Assembly (NCBI GenBank): GCA_964592225.1
Contig: CAZQCO010000003.1
Coordinates: forward strand, 15,200-79,199
DNA length: 64,000 nt
DNA from: an uncultured Bacteroidales bacterium
GTDB taxonomy: Bacteria > Bacteroidota > Bacteroidia > Bacteroidales > UBA10428
Reading direction: 5' to 3'
In this document: positions 19,798 through 29,638 of the stretch, one piece after another
Layout: each line of letters starts with the position of its first letter
Position numbering within the stretch: position 1 is the stretch's first letter
The notes under the pieces: generated by a model
What the model was told of the DNA's origin: nothing
The model's input: only the letters and a program-made list of their open reading frames with translations
The model's database searches: none
Translations under genes and position numbers: made by a program

Positions 19798-21087
19798 ATG
19801 AGGAGAGAGGATATTGAAATAATGGCACCTGTTGGTTCACACGAATCATTAATGGCTGCCATTCAGGCGGGAGCTGATTCGGTATACTTCGGATTGAATA
19901 AAATGAACATGAGGGCACGCTCATCTGCCAATTTTAATGAAGATGACCTCGAGCAAATTGTTGCCGTTTGTCAGGAACATAGTATAAAAACATATCTAAC
20001 GCTCAATATTGTAATCTATAACAATGAATTGAAACAGGCCTTTCAATTAGTGGACCTGGCAAAGAAAAGGGGAGTTACGGCTATTATTGCAAGCGATCAT
20101 GCAGTGATCAATTATGCCCACTCAAAGAATGTTGAGGTTCATATTTCAACCCAGGTAAACATCAGCAATATAGAATCGCTGAAGTTTTATGCGATGTTTG
20201 CCGATGTTATTATACTAGCACGCGAATTGGATCTCGATCAGGTAAAACAGATAAGTACTGCAATAGAAAAGGATAAAATTAAGGGACCCGGTGGAGAATT
20301 GATAAAAATCGAAATGTTTGTTCACGGAGCCTTGTGTATGTCAATCTCAGGCAAGTGTTATCTGAGTTTGCATGAACAGAACTATTCAGCTAACCGGGGA
20401 GCATGTCTTCAGAATTGCCGCAAAGGATACACAGTGAGAGAGAAAGAATCCGATCGCGAACTGGATATTGAGAACGAATACATAATGTCTCCAAAAGATT
20501 TATGCACTATACACTTTCTAAACAAAATTATCGATGCAGGTGTAAGAGTCATGAAAATTGAAGGTCGTGCACGGCCACCGGAATATGTTTATACTGTAGT
20601 CAAATGTTATCGTGAGGCGGTCGATAGTTACTTCAATGGCACGTATTCAGACGAAAAAATAGCCAGTTGGACCAATCAGCTGGAAAATGTATTCAACCGG
20701 GGATTTTGGGATGGATATTATTTAGGGCAACGCTTGGGAGAATGGAGCCATGTTTATGGTTCGAAGGCTAAAAAGCGCAAAATATATGTTGGGAAGGGGA
20801 TGAATTATTTTCCAAAAATTAAAGTGGCTGAGTTTCTTTGTGAGGCAACAGAGCTTATCGAAGGTGATGAAATTATAATTACAGGACCAACCACGGGAAT
20901 AATACAGGCAAAAGTTGAAGAAATACGCATTGATTTGAAAGAAGTAAAAATAGCAAAAAAGGGAGAACGCTTTTCAATCCCAGTTAAATCAATAATTCGT
21001 CGTTCCGATAAACTTTACAAGGTAGTAGATACACCGGAAATAAACTCTAAAGAAAATACTGCCGCCACAGATTCTCTTATTGATTAG
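19798..21087 (+). CDS. peptidase U32 family protein
   Basis: The U32 signature 'EMFVHGALCMSISGKCYLS' is present. The start is set at the ATG at 19798 (MRREDIEIMAPVGS), which removes the overlap with the upstream gene. Confidence 0.85.
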   Translation: MRREDIEIMAPVGSHESLMAAIQAGADSVYFGLNKMNMRARSSANFNEDDLEQIVAVCQEHSIKTYLTLNIVIYNNELKQAFQLVDLAKKRGVTAIIASDHAVINYAHSKNVEVHISTQVNISNIESLKFYAMFADVIILARELDLDQVKQISTAIEKDKIKGPGGELIKIEMFVHGALCMSISGKCYLSLHEQNYSANRGACLQNCRKGYTVREKESDRELDIENEYIMSPKDLCTIHFLNKIIDAGVRVMKIEGRARPPEYVYTVVKCYREAVDSYFNGTYSDEKIASWTNQLENVFNRGFWDGYYLGQRLGEWSHVYGSKAKKRKIYVGKGMNYFPKIKVAEFLCEATELIEGDEIIITGPTTGIIQAKVEEIRIDLKEVKIAKKGERFSIPVKSIIRRSDKLYKVVDTPEINSKENTAATDSLID

Positions 21088-21130
21088 TATAGTTTGGAAT
21101 TATGGGTTTTTATGAGTCTTTAGTCTTAAC

Positions 21131-21862
21131 TTAATGGGCAGATATCAGCATATCGTTCTTAATACTTTTCAGAAAGTGTCTTTTTAATTCAAGGGCCCGT
21201 TTGAGAGTTTTATTATTGTCGTATATACGAATAACATCCTCAGTACCGCAAAATCTGTATATTGTTCCCAGAGCTGCATCGAAATTGTAATTTTTAACGC
21301 TACGCTTAATCTTATACGTTATTTGCTCAAATTGCGCCCATTCCAAAGTATTTGGAATACGGATATAAATCTTTTCTCCTTCATTCAGATCACGGTATAA
21401 TCCTTCGGTCATTTCAATCAACCGGAAGGTTTTAAAAATTTTAATCTGGGCGAAATCATCAATTAGTTTGTAATCGAACAAATGTAAATCGTGTCTTTTA
21501 AAGAAATTCTGAACTACAGGTATATAAGAAAAATCTTCCAGGCCTTTAATACGAATACAGGGAAATATCAAGGATCGGATTATTAGCTCTCCAAAAGAAG
21601 GATAGCAGGCTGTAATTTTACTTGCCGCCAGGCTTTTATTAATACGGTTTATTTTTTCAGGAGCATATCTGTATTTAAGGATGATAAATATCGATCCAGG
21701 TTTGCTTTTAGTACCGACAGGATCAAGGCTAGACTGATTTCCGGGGAATGGATCAACATTTTTTAAAACCAGTGTATTTTTTAGCACATCGCATTCAAGA
21801 GAACGCAATTTTTCCATTTTTGTAATACTGCCAATCGTTTCAATTGCTTCACTAGGGTCCAT
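21131..21862 (-). CDS. hypothetical protein (no family recognised)
   Basis: Long uninterrupted ORF lying tail-to-head after the 951-aa gene on the same strand. It has no signal peptide and no motif I recognise. Confidence 0.4.
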   Translation of the reverse strand: MDPSEAIETIGSITKMEKLRSLECDVLKNTLVLKNVDPFPGNQSSLDPVGTKSKPGSIFIILKYRYAPEKINRINKSLAASKITACYPSFGELIIRSLIFPCIRIKGLEDFSYIPVVQNFFKRHDLHLFDYKLIDDFAQIKIFKTFRLIEMTEGLYRDLNEGEKIYIRIPNTLEWAQFEQITYKIKRSVKNYNFDAALGTIYRFCGTEDVIRIYDNNKTLKRALELKRHFLKSIKNDMLISAH

Positions 21863-22025
21863 AGTTAGATAATTAGCTGTAATTTGAAATTTTTCTTATA
21901 CGGGTGGCACTCCCGCGCACATAGCACATAATTAATACTTATTCCTAAATTACAAAATATGCTCGCCAATATCAATGATTAGTTCATACTAAATGAAAAA
22001 AAATAAATATTTTCTCGGATGTTAT

Positions 22026-24881
22026 TTAATATCCTGAAGTATTGATAGTTATACCAAAACCCACGTCAAATATTTTTTTCTCTGGCAGGTATGAAATACG
22101 AAACCCTGGTTGAAAAGGTATAAAAAATCGCAGAAAATGAATTTCAGAATAAAGAATTAAACCAAAAGATGAAAAATAATCATCGAAAATAACATAAGAA
22201 TTATTAATCTGCTGAGGATAACGCATTTTTACCGCATCGTAATACAGGCTGGCATGGATCCTTTTTATGTAGGCCAGGGGACCCAGGCTGAAATCGGGAT
22301 ATAATACAGGGAATGTATATTCAAATGTGCCACGCAGATTACTATAGTATTCCATATCGGGATCGTACCCCCGGGGAGGAGAAATACGACTGTTTAATAT
22401 CGGGACTTTCAATTCTTCATGTCCTTCATAGGAAATAGTCAACTGAATACCATGATGTCGGAATATTCCCGGAAAATACTGACTGTATTGTCCTATTACT
22501 ATATTAGTAAATAAACCAGGATGGATAAGAGGCTGGTTAAAAGCCAGAAACAAAGTTTGTCCAAACCGGGGTTGTAAATCACGATGCGATTTTTTTAGAA
22601 GATTACTGGCATAGATACTGGCTTCCAGATAGTTATTCCCTCTTCTTATGCCTAAATCACGTGTATAGTAGTAACGGTTTATATACCGATAACTTATTTC
22701 CGGCTTAACATAGCGATAGTATTTGTTTCGAGTAAGTTGCAGGGGCAAATAAGCTTCTATAGCAATACTATAATAAGGTTGCATGTCCGCTGGTTTCTCC
22801 AGGTTATTGGGCCAAAAATAAATAGCGGGTTTATTGGCAAATAGAGCGCTTATTTCAAAGACAGGAAATAATCCCTGCAATGCAAAGCGGGGCTCAATAT
22901 AATGGGTATGATCTTTATAATAATAGCTGAGTTGTGAAGTAAGCGTACTGAGTTTATTTTGCGAAAACAGGCTAAATCCCGGATATATTTCAGGATTCAG
23001 ACTGATCAGTGCATCGGGATCGGTATAAAATGGCAACCAGCTATGTAAGGTAAGAGTATGAAGAAGGCGATTATAGGATTTCGTGGGATACTCGGTCTGC
23101 GGAATTTTAACTTCTTGCAGATTTATACTACCCCGATCCTTAAAATCACTAATCCAAGAGTAACTATATTTTGAAACACTACCTATCGGAATATTACAAA
23201 TCGAATCGATTACTATATAGGCCGGTTGATAACCTTCCTTAGTATAATCGGAATAGTAAAGCTTATTATTCGATGCATCGTAAAAGGGGAATTCTGCACC
23301 ATGTCGTGAATGTGTAACCCGGTAAATTTCTTTTGATTGTAAATCCAGCAAATAAATATTTCGGGCCATTTCATAATCGTAGGTAAAGAACAGTTTTTCC
23401 CCGCCAGGCGAAAGATGCTCAATATCTGCAAAACCAGCACTGTATAATACACTATTACTTCTTTCATTTAAATTATACTCAATAATATGTTTTCCTTCAG
23501 CGTCAAGAACGATACAGGCAATTTTGTGTTCATTAATCCAGACTGGGCTGAAAACATTAGTGATTCCATGCAACGGAAGGGTATCAACTACTAAATCTGA
23601 AGAAATATCATAAATCAGTAAAGAAAAATTATTATGCAGATCGATAGAGACACATACAAGTGAATCACTGTTGGGCGATAGTTCAGGCGAAAACCAACGT
23701 GTTTTGGATTGCAGCACTTTAATTTTACCATTTCCCCGGTCGAGAACTTTTATCACAGAATAATTACGCTGAGCCCATCGCATATCAGGTATAATTTCCT
23801 CCCAGGCAATATATTTTTCCGATACACTTACGCGCGTATTATAATATAAGCCAGGAGTGTGTATAATAGTTTCCGAGGAATCATTGAGTAGTACAAATCT
23901 TGAAATATCATCAATTCCGGATCGGACAGCAAATAAATTTCCGCCAATTGGCTGAACATATCGATACTGGGTATAAAATTTATGCTGTTTTGTATTATAA
24001 TATAAATTGGTTGTTGAAGTATTAGTATCTAAATTGCTATTCCACAATATATTTAAGGAATCAAATGTATTATGATAGAGATCAGTTTTCGATATTCCCC
24101 CGGCTTTTTTCAGCCCAAGATAGAAAGGTGCAATAAGGTAAGGATTTCTGGCAACGTGGTTTAATGTTTGTTTCCAGAAATTATTCCCATACTTTAGTTT
24201 AGCAAATGCAACCATTTGATATCCATAGGAATAATGATCTGGAATAAAATTCTTGTAACTGCCCAGGTAGGACTGGTCATAACTATACCTTTTTTTCCCA
24301 TCGAGCTCAATAGCCCGAAGTTCTCTATCGAAATCAGTTAAGCGTCCCCTGCCACTTGATGAGAAGACAGTCTCTGACCAAACAGCATCGCCCTCAAGAA
24401 ACCAGAATGGCAAATAGCCTGCAATAGCTCCGGTTGCTGCTTCGCCAAAAACAAAATTTAGAATTCTCGTAATTCCCTGTTCCAGATTGTTCACCTGTAC
24501 AACATGGCGAAATTCATGCAGTGCAAGTTGTTCAAGCCAATCCTGACTATAACTTTCTATAGGGGGTGTGGTGATCCATTCCGCTCTTCGGGGAGCCCAT
24601 GCCACATAACCATTCGACATTACTGATTGATTATAAAGGATTATAGAAATTTTTTCGGGCTCCAGATCATAATCTGCGGAAATATAGGTATACATATATT
24701 CCAGCAGATTAGCTACCCGATTGGCTTCCCGGTAAAACTCATCTGGATAAACAACCTGAAAGTTTTCAGTTTGGATCTGTGCCCATTTTACTGAAGCAGG
24801 GGCCTGACCTGTGTTATAAAATTGTGAGGAAGCTGCCAGGCAAAAGAATAATATTATACACGAAGTGTAAAAAATCTTCAT
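22026..24881 (-). CDS. exported 951-aa protein: HExxH metalloprotease-like N-domain, TolB-like propeller-like middle, Tyr-rich barrel-like C-terminus
   Basis: Signal peptide 'MKIFYTSCIILFFCLAASSQ', then 'LALHEFRHVVQ' (HExxH) followed by 'FLEGDAVWSE'. The middle is repetitive, resembling WD40-like/TolB propellers. The C-terminal third is rich in alternating aromatics and ends '...GITINTSGY'. Confidence 0.55.
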   Translation of the reverse strand: MKIFYTSCIILFFCLAASSQFYNTGQAPASVKWAQIQTENFQVVYPDEFYREANRVANLLEYMYTYISADYDLEPEKISIILYNQSVMSNGYVAWAPRRAEWITTPPIESYSQDWLEQLALHEFRHVVQVNNLEQGITRILNFVFGEAATGAIAGYLPFWFLEGDAVWSETVFSSSGRGRLTDFDRELRAIELDGKKRYSYDQSYLGSYKNFIPDHYSYGYQMVAFAKLKYGNNFWKQTLNHVARNPYLIAPFYLGLKKAGGISKTDLYHNTFDSLNILWNSNLDTNTSTTNLYYNTKQHKFYTQYRYVQPIGGNLFAVRSGIDDISRFVLLNDSSETIIHTPGLYYNTRVSVSEKYIAWEEIIPDMRWAQRNYSVIKVLDRGNGKIKVLQSKTRWFSPELSPNSDSLVCVSIDLHNNFSLLIYDISSDLVVDTLPLHGITNVFSPVWINEHKIACIVLDAEGKHIIEYNLNERSNSVLYSAGFADIEHLSPGGEKLFFTYDYEMARNIYLLDLQSKEIYRVTHSRHGAEFPFYDASNNKLYYSDYTKEGYQPAYIVIDSICNIPIGSVSKYSYSWISDFKDRGSINLQEVKIPQTEYPTKSYNRLLHTLTLHSWLPFYTDPDALISLNPEIYPGFSLFSQNKLSTLTSQLSYYYKDHTHYIEPRFALQGLFPVFEISALFANKPAIYFWPNNLEKPADMQPYYSIAIEAYLPLQLTRNKYYRYVKPEISYRYINRYYYTRDLGIRRGNNYLEASIYASNLLKKSHRDLQPRFGQTLFLAFNQPLIHPGLFTNIVIGQYSQYFPGIFRHHGIQLTISYEGHEELKVPILNSRISPPRGYDPDMEYYSNLRGTFEYTFPVLYPDFSLGPLAYIKRIHASLYYDAVKMRYPQQINNSYVIFDDYFSSFGLILYSEIHFLRFFIPFQPGFRISYLPEKKIFDVGFGITINTSGY

Positions 24882-24882
24882 A

Positions 24883-25458
24883 TCAGGGCCGAAGTGAGAA
24901 AAATTTTCTTTTTGATATCTTATCCGGCATATCGTAAACAGGTTGACTGACGAAGCGGATATCTTCGATGGTATAGAATGCTTTCGGATTGTACTCCTTT
25001 ATCTTTTTAACATAGTTTGTAATACTTTTCCGATTGATAACCGAATAGAGTATGCCCACTTCACCACTGCTTCCTTCAGCATGAATAGCTGTAACTCCAA
25101 ACCCTTCATTTCTAAGTACTTCAATAAGCTTTGTAGCATCCTTTCGGGTAATAATACGGATCAGCTGTACCCCGAGTGCCAGTTTCTCCTCAATCTTGAT
25201 TCCGATATAGGTACCCATTGCAAAGCCACATGCATAAGCAATATAGCAGGCCCAATTATCCAAATTCTGAAAAATTCGGGTAACCGCCAACAACCATACA
25301 AGGACTTCAAAAAATCCAAGGATGGGGGCCAGCATCTTGTTTCCTCTGGAGATTAATATAATTTTCAATGTACCTATAGATACATCGACAACACGAGCCA
25401 GAGCAATCAGCAATGGCAATAACAGGTAATCAAATAAATCGTTTTCCAGAAATTCCAT
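24883..25458 (-). CDS. UPF0316 (DUF5698/DUF2179) membrane protein
   Basis: The N-terminal TM region 'LLIALARVVDVSIGTLKIILISRG' plus a soluble C-terminal DUF2179-like domain fit the family. Its TGA stop is 1 nt from the ATG of the 951-aa gene (TGAtATG on the minus strand). Confidence 0.65.
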   Translation of the reverse strand: MEFLENDLFDYLLLPLLIALARVVDVSIGTLKIILISRGNKMLAPILGFFEVLVWLLAVTRIFQNLDNWACYIAYACGFAMGTYIGIKIEEKLALGVQLIRIITRKDATKLIEVLRNEGFGVTAIHAEGSSGEVGILYSVINRKSITNYVKKIKEYNPKAFYTIEDIRFVSQPVYDMPDKISKRKFFSLRP

Positions 25459-25510
25459 AGTATTTCAACTTTCTGAAAAGTTAGGAATAAAAAAGTACAT
25501 GATTGTTATA

Positions 25511-26899
25511 TTATACTTCGCGGTTTTTCCAACGGCCTAATTTAAAAACTATAATCCCCATTATAGCCAGGACAGCTTCTGAGATCAGGATGGCATAAAA
25601 AACACCATTCTCTCTCATTCCGATAACTTTTGCCAAATAATAGGCAAGCGGAATTTGAACAATCCAGAATGCGAATAGATTCAGTAGGGTAGGCGTGTAA
25701 GTGTCGCCGGCACCATTAAAAGCTTGTGCCACTATCATTTCAAAGCCATAAAATACCATACCCATTCCCATTATCTTTAGGCAGGATACAGCAACATCGT
25801 ACGACACATTTCCTTTTGCCGAAAATAGGTGTATAAAAAAATGAGGCATAACCAGGAAAGCCAGCATAATAATTGCCATATAGATACTGCAAACCAGCGA
25901 AGTCTTCCAAACCGATCGTTCAGCGCGTTGCGGATCTTTAGCCCCAAGATTTTGCCCTACCAGTGTAGAGGCTGCATTGCTGATACCCCAGGCAGGGAGA
26001 AGGAAAAATACAAAAACTCTTATTGCAATTGTATAGCCTGCAATAACTTCACTTTTGTACTCGGCAAGAATTCGATAAAGTACAATCCAACTTGAGGTAG
26101 CAATCAGGTGCTGGAAAATACCTCCACCGGAAAGATAAAGCACTTTCCATATAATTTTGAGATTGAGCCGGAAATCGCGCAAGAATAATTCAATCCTCGA
26201 TTTTTTTGCAAAAAGCAGGTAAAACTGGTACAACACTCCTATTCCCCTGCCAATATTGGTGGCAATAGCAGCTCCGGTCACACCCAGTTCGGGGAAATGG
26301 CCTAATCCGAAGATCAGGCAGGGATCGAGGATGATATTTATAAGGTTGGCAATCAGCAGAACTCTCATCGACAATGCAGGGGCACCCGCGCTTCGGAAAA
26401 TGGCATTATTTATAAATAATAACATAATAACAACATTCCCTCCTAGCATTATTTGTGAAAACCCGGACCCCAGTCGAATAACTTCTTTTTCGGCATGCAT
26501 AAGTCCAAGAATTTTCGGGGCATATAGTACTCCTGGGATAGCAATTACAACAGAAATAATAATACCTAGCAAAATGGCTTGTGAGGAGGATACTGCTGCT
26601 GCCCGATCCTGTTTTTCACCAATACGTCGCGCCACAATACCGGTTGTAGCCAGAGCCATTCCCACAGCAATGGCATAAATCATAGTCATTAATGATTCGG
26701 TAAGTCCAACAACAGCAAGAGCTTCATCACCCAGACGCGAAACGAAATACATATCAAAAATAGCAAAGACCGATTCCATGAGCATTTCCAGCACCATCGG
26801 AATTGCCAGCAACATAATAGCTTTACCCAGACTGATCTTGGTATAATCATGTTCAAAGCCACGAATGGCATCCCAAATATCGCGTAACAGTTGTTTCAT
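25511..26899 (-). CDS. MATE family efflux transporter
   Basis: ~460 aa with 12 TM-like segments in a typical MATE layout. I prefer the ATG at 26899 (MKQLLRDIWD...) over the upstream TTG at 26929. Confidence 0.88.
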   Translation of the reverse strand: MKQLLRDIWDAIRGFEHDYTKISLGKAIMLLAIPMVLEMLMESVFAIFDMYFVSRLGDEALAVVGLTESLMTMIYAIAVGMALATTGIVARRIGEKQDRAAAVSSSQAILLGIIISVVIAIPGVLYAPKILGLMHAEKEVIRLGSGFSQIMLGGNVVIMLLFINNAIFRSAGAPALSMRVLLIANLINIILDPCLIFGLGHFPELGVTGAAIATNIGRGIGVLYQFYLLFAKKSRIELFLRDFRLNLKIIWKVLYLSGGGIFQHLIATSSWIVLYRILAEYKSEVIAGYTIAIRVFVFFLLPAWGISNAASTLVGQNLGAKDPQRAERSVWKTSLVCSIYMAIIMLAFLVMPHFFIHLFSAKGNVSYDVAVSCLKIMGMGMVFYGFEMIVAQAFNGAGDTYTPTLLNLFAFWIVQIPLAYYLAKVIGMRENGVFYAILISEAVLAIMGIIVFKLGRWKNREV

Positions 26900-26966
26900 G
26901 GGTTTTAAGAAAAGTTGTAAAACTAGCAAAAACAGGAGAATTAATTGAACCTGATTTCTTCGATTC

Positions 26967-27875
26967 CTAGATTTTCTTTTTTACTACAGTTAGTACAACT
27001 CCGATAATTACTGTTAGTGCTCCGGCAATAGATATCCAGGTGAATTTTTCGTGTGCAATCCATTGAATATCAAGGAGAATTAATCCAGCCAATGCGCTAA
27101 AAGTAATAATAGGATTCAGCGTTATAATTACACTTACTTTGTTCGCATCGAGGTATTTTAATGCATAGGCCAACGATCCGTAAGCAATAAGTGTATTTAT
27201 ACCGAGGAAAATTAAAACAGCCCAGATACCCAATGATAAATTCATGAATTCACCAAAATCAACAAAGGGGATAAATGCAAGAGCTGGCAGGATAAAAAGT
27301 ACAAGGTTCAACATCATTGGATCGTACCTTCGAACCAGTCCTTTTTGTATTATAGCGTAACATACCCACATTACACCTCCTGATATAGTTAAACACACAC
27401 CCTTCTCGTACTTCGAAACATTTTCAGCCAATACTACAATCTGATCGTGGTAAAAGATTCCCATTCCTCCGAAAACCAGAATAATACCCAGCAAATGTTT
27501 TGCAGATATTTTTTCACGAAAAAAGACAAATCCTGAAATGGCCAGAAGAATGGCTCCTGTTTGGATAAAAATCTCGGCAATTGCAGGAGTAGTATAATGA
27601 ACACCGGTAATAAACCCCAAATAATTCAATCCCAAACATACAGCAGCCAAAACGAGCAGAGGGGGAGGATTAATAATGATTTTTAGTCCGGAAGGTTTCT
27701 TTATCAGAAAGTAAACAATGAGCATAATGCTGGCTGAGAAAAATCGGAACCAGGTTACGCTGACAGGAGATATGGAGTTCAGTATGATTTTAAGAATAAT
27801 AGGAAGGAATCCCCATAAAATAGTTGTAATAAAGGCGAATAAAATTCCCTTATGGGCATTATGAATGGTATTCAT
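26967..27875 (-). CDS. DMT superfamily (EamA-like) transporter
   Basis: 302 aa with ten TM-like segments arranged as two EamA-like halves. Confidence 0.8.
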   Translation of the reverse strand: MNTIHNAHKGILFAFITTILWGFLPIILKIILNSISPVSVTWFRFFSASIMLIVYFLIKKPSGLKIIINPPPLLVLAAVCLGLNYLGFITGVHYTTPAIAEIFIQTGAILLAISGFVFFREKISAKHLLGIILVFGGMGIFYHDQIVVLAENVSKYEKGVCLTISGGVMWVCYAIIQKGLVRRYDPMMLNLVLFILPALAFIPFVDFGEFMNLSLGIWAVLIFLGINTLIAYGSLAYALKYLDANKVSVIITLNPIITFSALAGLILLDIQWIAHEKFTWISIAGALTVIIGVVLTVVKKKI

Positions 27876-27950
27876 ATTATAATTGTGTAAGGGGGCAAAA
27901 ATAAAATATTATGGTAAACACAAAAATGAGTTTCATATCTTTGGTATATC

Positions 27951-28352
27951 ATGACGGGTAGAAAAAATTTAAATACGCTGATCAGGAATCTGAAGCCCAC
28001 CCTGCATATCGGGCAGTATGTTTTTGTTGTATGCCCTGATACGGCAGAAATACCTTTACATGATGTCCTGGCAATGTTTCGTGAGGATGAAGGTGTTACG
28101 CTGATTATGGAAAGAAAAAAAGCTGATGAGTCGAGGTGGGAATATAGTTTTGTCGCTGCCTGGATAACACTTATGGTACATTCTTCGCTTGAGGCAGTGG
28201 GATTGACAGCTCGTGTATCGGAAACCTTGGCAAAAGAAGGAATTAGCTGTAACGCTATTGCAGCAAACCATCACGACCATATCTTCGTTCCCTATCGCGA
28301 TGCACATAGAGCTATGGCCGTATTAACCAAATTAAATCAGGATAAGAAATAG
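27951..28352 (+). CDS. ACT-domain (ACT_7-like) protein
   Basis: 133 aa. The pattern 'GQYVFVV...EGVTLIM...WITLMVHSSLEAVGLTA...LAKEGISCNAIAANHHDHIFVP' is typical of small ACT_7 proteins. Confidence 0.55.
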   Translation: MTGRKNLNTLIRNLKPTLHIGQYVFVVCPDTAEIPLHDVLAMFREDEGVTLIMERKKADESRWEYSFVAAWITLMVHSSLEAVGLTARVSETLAKEGISCNAIAANHHDHIFVPYRDAHRAMAVLTKLNQDKK

Positions 28353-28390
28353 AGTTGAGGTCCATCAAGACTTATAATAACAAAAGGGAC

Positions 28391-29128
28391 TCATTCCATT
28401 TTACTAATAGCTTTTAATTCAGGGATATTTAAAAGAATAATTTTTTTACCCAGGGTTTGAATCAATCCTTCAGTTTTAAAACTGTTCAGGGTTCGGATGG
28501 CGTTCGATGTGGTCATATTCGAAAAATGCGCCAGGTTATCACGGGTAAAAGTTGAGTTTAATGTTTTACCATCGGATTCAAACCCGTATATATCTTTAAT
28601 AAGCAGTAAAGTTTCGGCCAGGCGTCCACGAATATCTTTCTGAGTTAGATTTATCAAACGGTTATAGTTAAATCCCAACTCATTAGCCAGTGCTTTTATA
28701 ATTTCTCTCGAGAAGCGGGGATTTTTATCAATAATCGAAAACAATGCTTCCTTTTCATATATTAAAATTTCAGAATCCAGTATAGCTTCAGCATTTGAAG
28801 TATGCGGTTTTTCAGCAAATAGAGCTTTATAACCGACAAAACTTAGCGGTTTAACTAACCGAACGATTTGTTCTCTTCCTCCGGCTCCGATCATAAATAG
28901 TTTTACACTTCCACGGGTAAGATAGATTAATCCTTTAGGATATTCGCCTTCACGAAAAATCACTTGTCCTTTACGAACAATTTGGAAGACACTTTTTTCA
29001 TTTAATAATGATTGTTCAGAATAAGTCAGTGTTGAGAAAATGAAATTGGGATCGTTTTCCTTATTAAATAAATATTCACTCAGGTTTTTTTTCATTATTA
29101 CTAGGTCGCTGTAATTGGAATATTTCAA
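28391..29128 (-). CDS. Crp/Fnr family transcriptional regulator
   Basis: A cNMP-binding-like beta-roll ('REGEYPKGLIYLTRGSVKL') is followed by a C-terminal HTH ('NLAHFSNMTTSNAIRTLNSFKTEGLI'). The track start is TTG; the ATG at 29095 (MKKNLSEY...) is an alternative. Confidence 0.82.
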   Translation of the reverse strand: MKYSNYSDLVIMKKNLSEYLFNKENDPNFIFSTLTYSEQSLLNEKSVFQIVRKGQVIFREGEYPKGLIYLTRGSVKLFMIGAGGREQIVRLVKPLSFVGYKALFAEKPHTSNAEAILDSEILIYEKEALFSIIDKNPRFSREIIKALANELGFNYNRLINLTQKDIRGRLAETLLLIKDIYGFESDGKTLNSTFTRDNLAHFSNMTTSNAIRTLNSFKTEGLIQTLGKKIILLNIPELKAISKME

Positions 29129-29159
29129 TAATACGAACGAGGATAAATTATTTAACTAA

Positions 29160-29167
29160 CAAAAATA
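29160..29167 (-). promoter_or_regulatory. Bacteroides-type -7 promoter box for the Crp/Fnr gene
   Basis: The minus strand reads TATTTTTG (TAnnTTTG), 30-65 nt upstream of the candidate start codons. Confidence 0.4.
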
Positions 29168-29638
29168 GCATATTAGATTTTATTAGTTACTAAAATAATA
29201 ATTGAGTTGATACAGATTACCAGATAATAAAAACTCTCAGACACAGCTACTGGAGTGCCCTTTCTAACACGCAGTGGATCACAAAAGTTAAATGACTTAT
29301 ATAAATATCTTATTACGAAGAACTATTAATAACTATAACATCAAAGTTATTCGCATTTAATTAAAATCTGGTTGCGCATAATATTCAAAAAGTGCCGATA
29401 CTACTCATACGAAGGATATATGAAGAATATCTCTGAGGAAGAAATAAATATTCTTTTCAAATTTTATAAATAAATAAACTTCGGGCTGAATGTAAGATTT
29501 TTCAAAGTAATTCAGGGTAGCGCAATAATAAGAATACCATTTATTACAGTACAATTAACAGCCATTCGGCACTCTAATTTTTTCTTTATTTAAAGATTTT
29601 CTGAAAAGCAAATGTGAATTCCTTTGCGTTTATTATAA

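Noticed and set aside
26256-26678. 140-aa ORF antisense to the MATE transporter (similar cases at 1078-1398, 24943-25356 and 34771-35214)
   Set aside because: All are antisense to confidently assigned genes, with compositionally biased translations. I treat them as non-coding.
29207-29220. FNR/CRP-like half palindrome TTGATACAGATTAC upstream of the Crp/Fnr gene
   Set aside because: Only the left half matches TTGAT-N4-ATCAA; the right half matches at 3 of 5 positions. It is not distinguishable from background.
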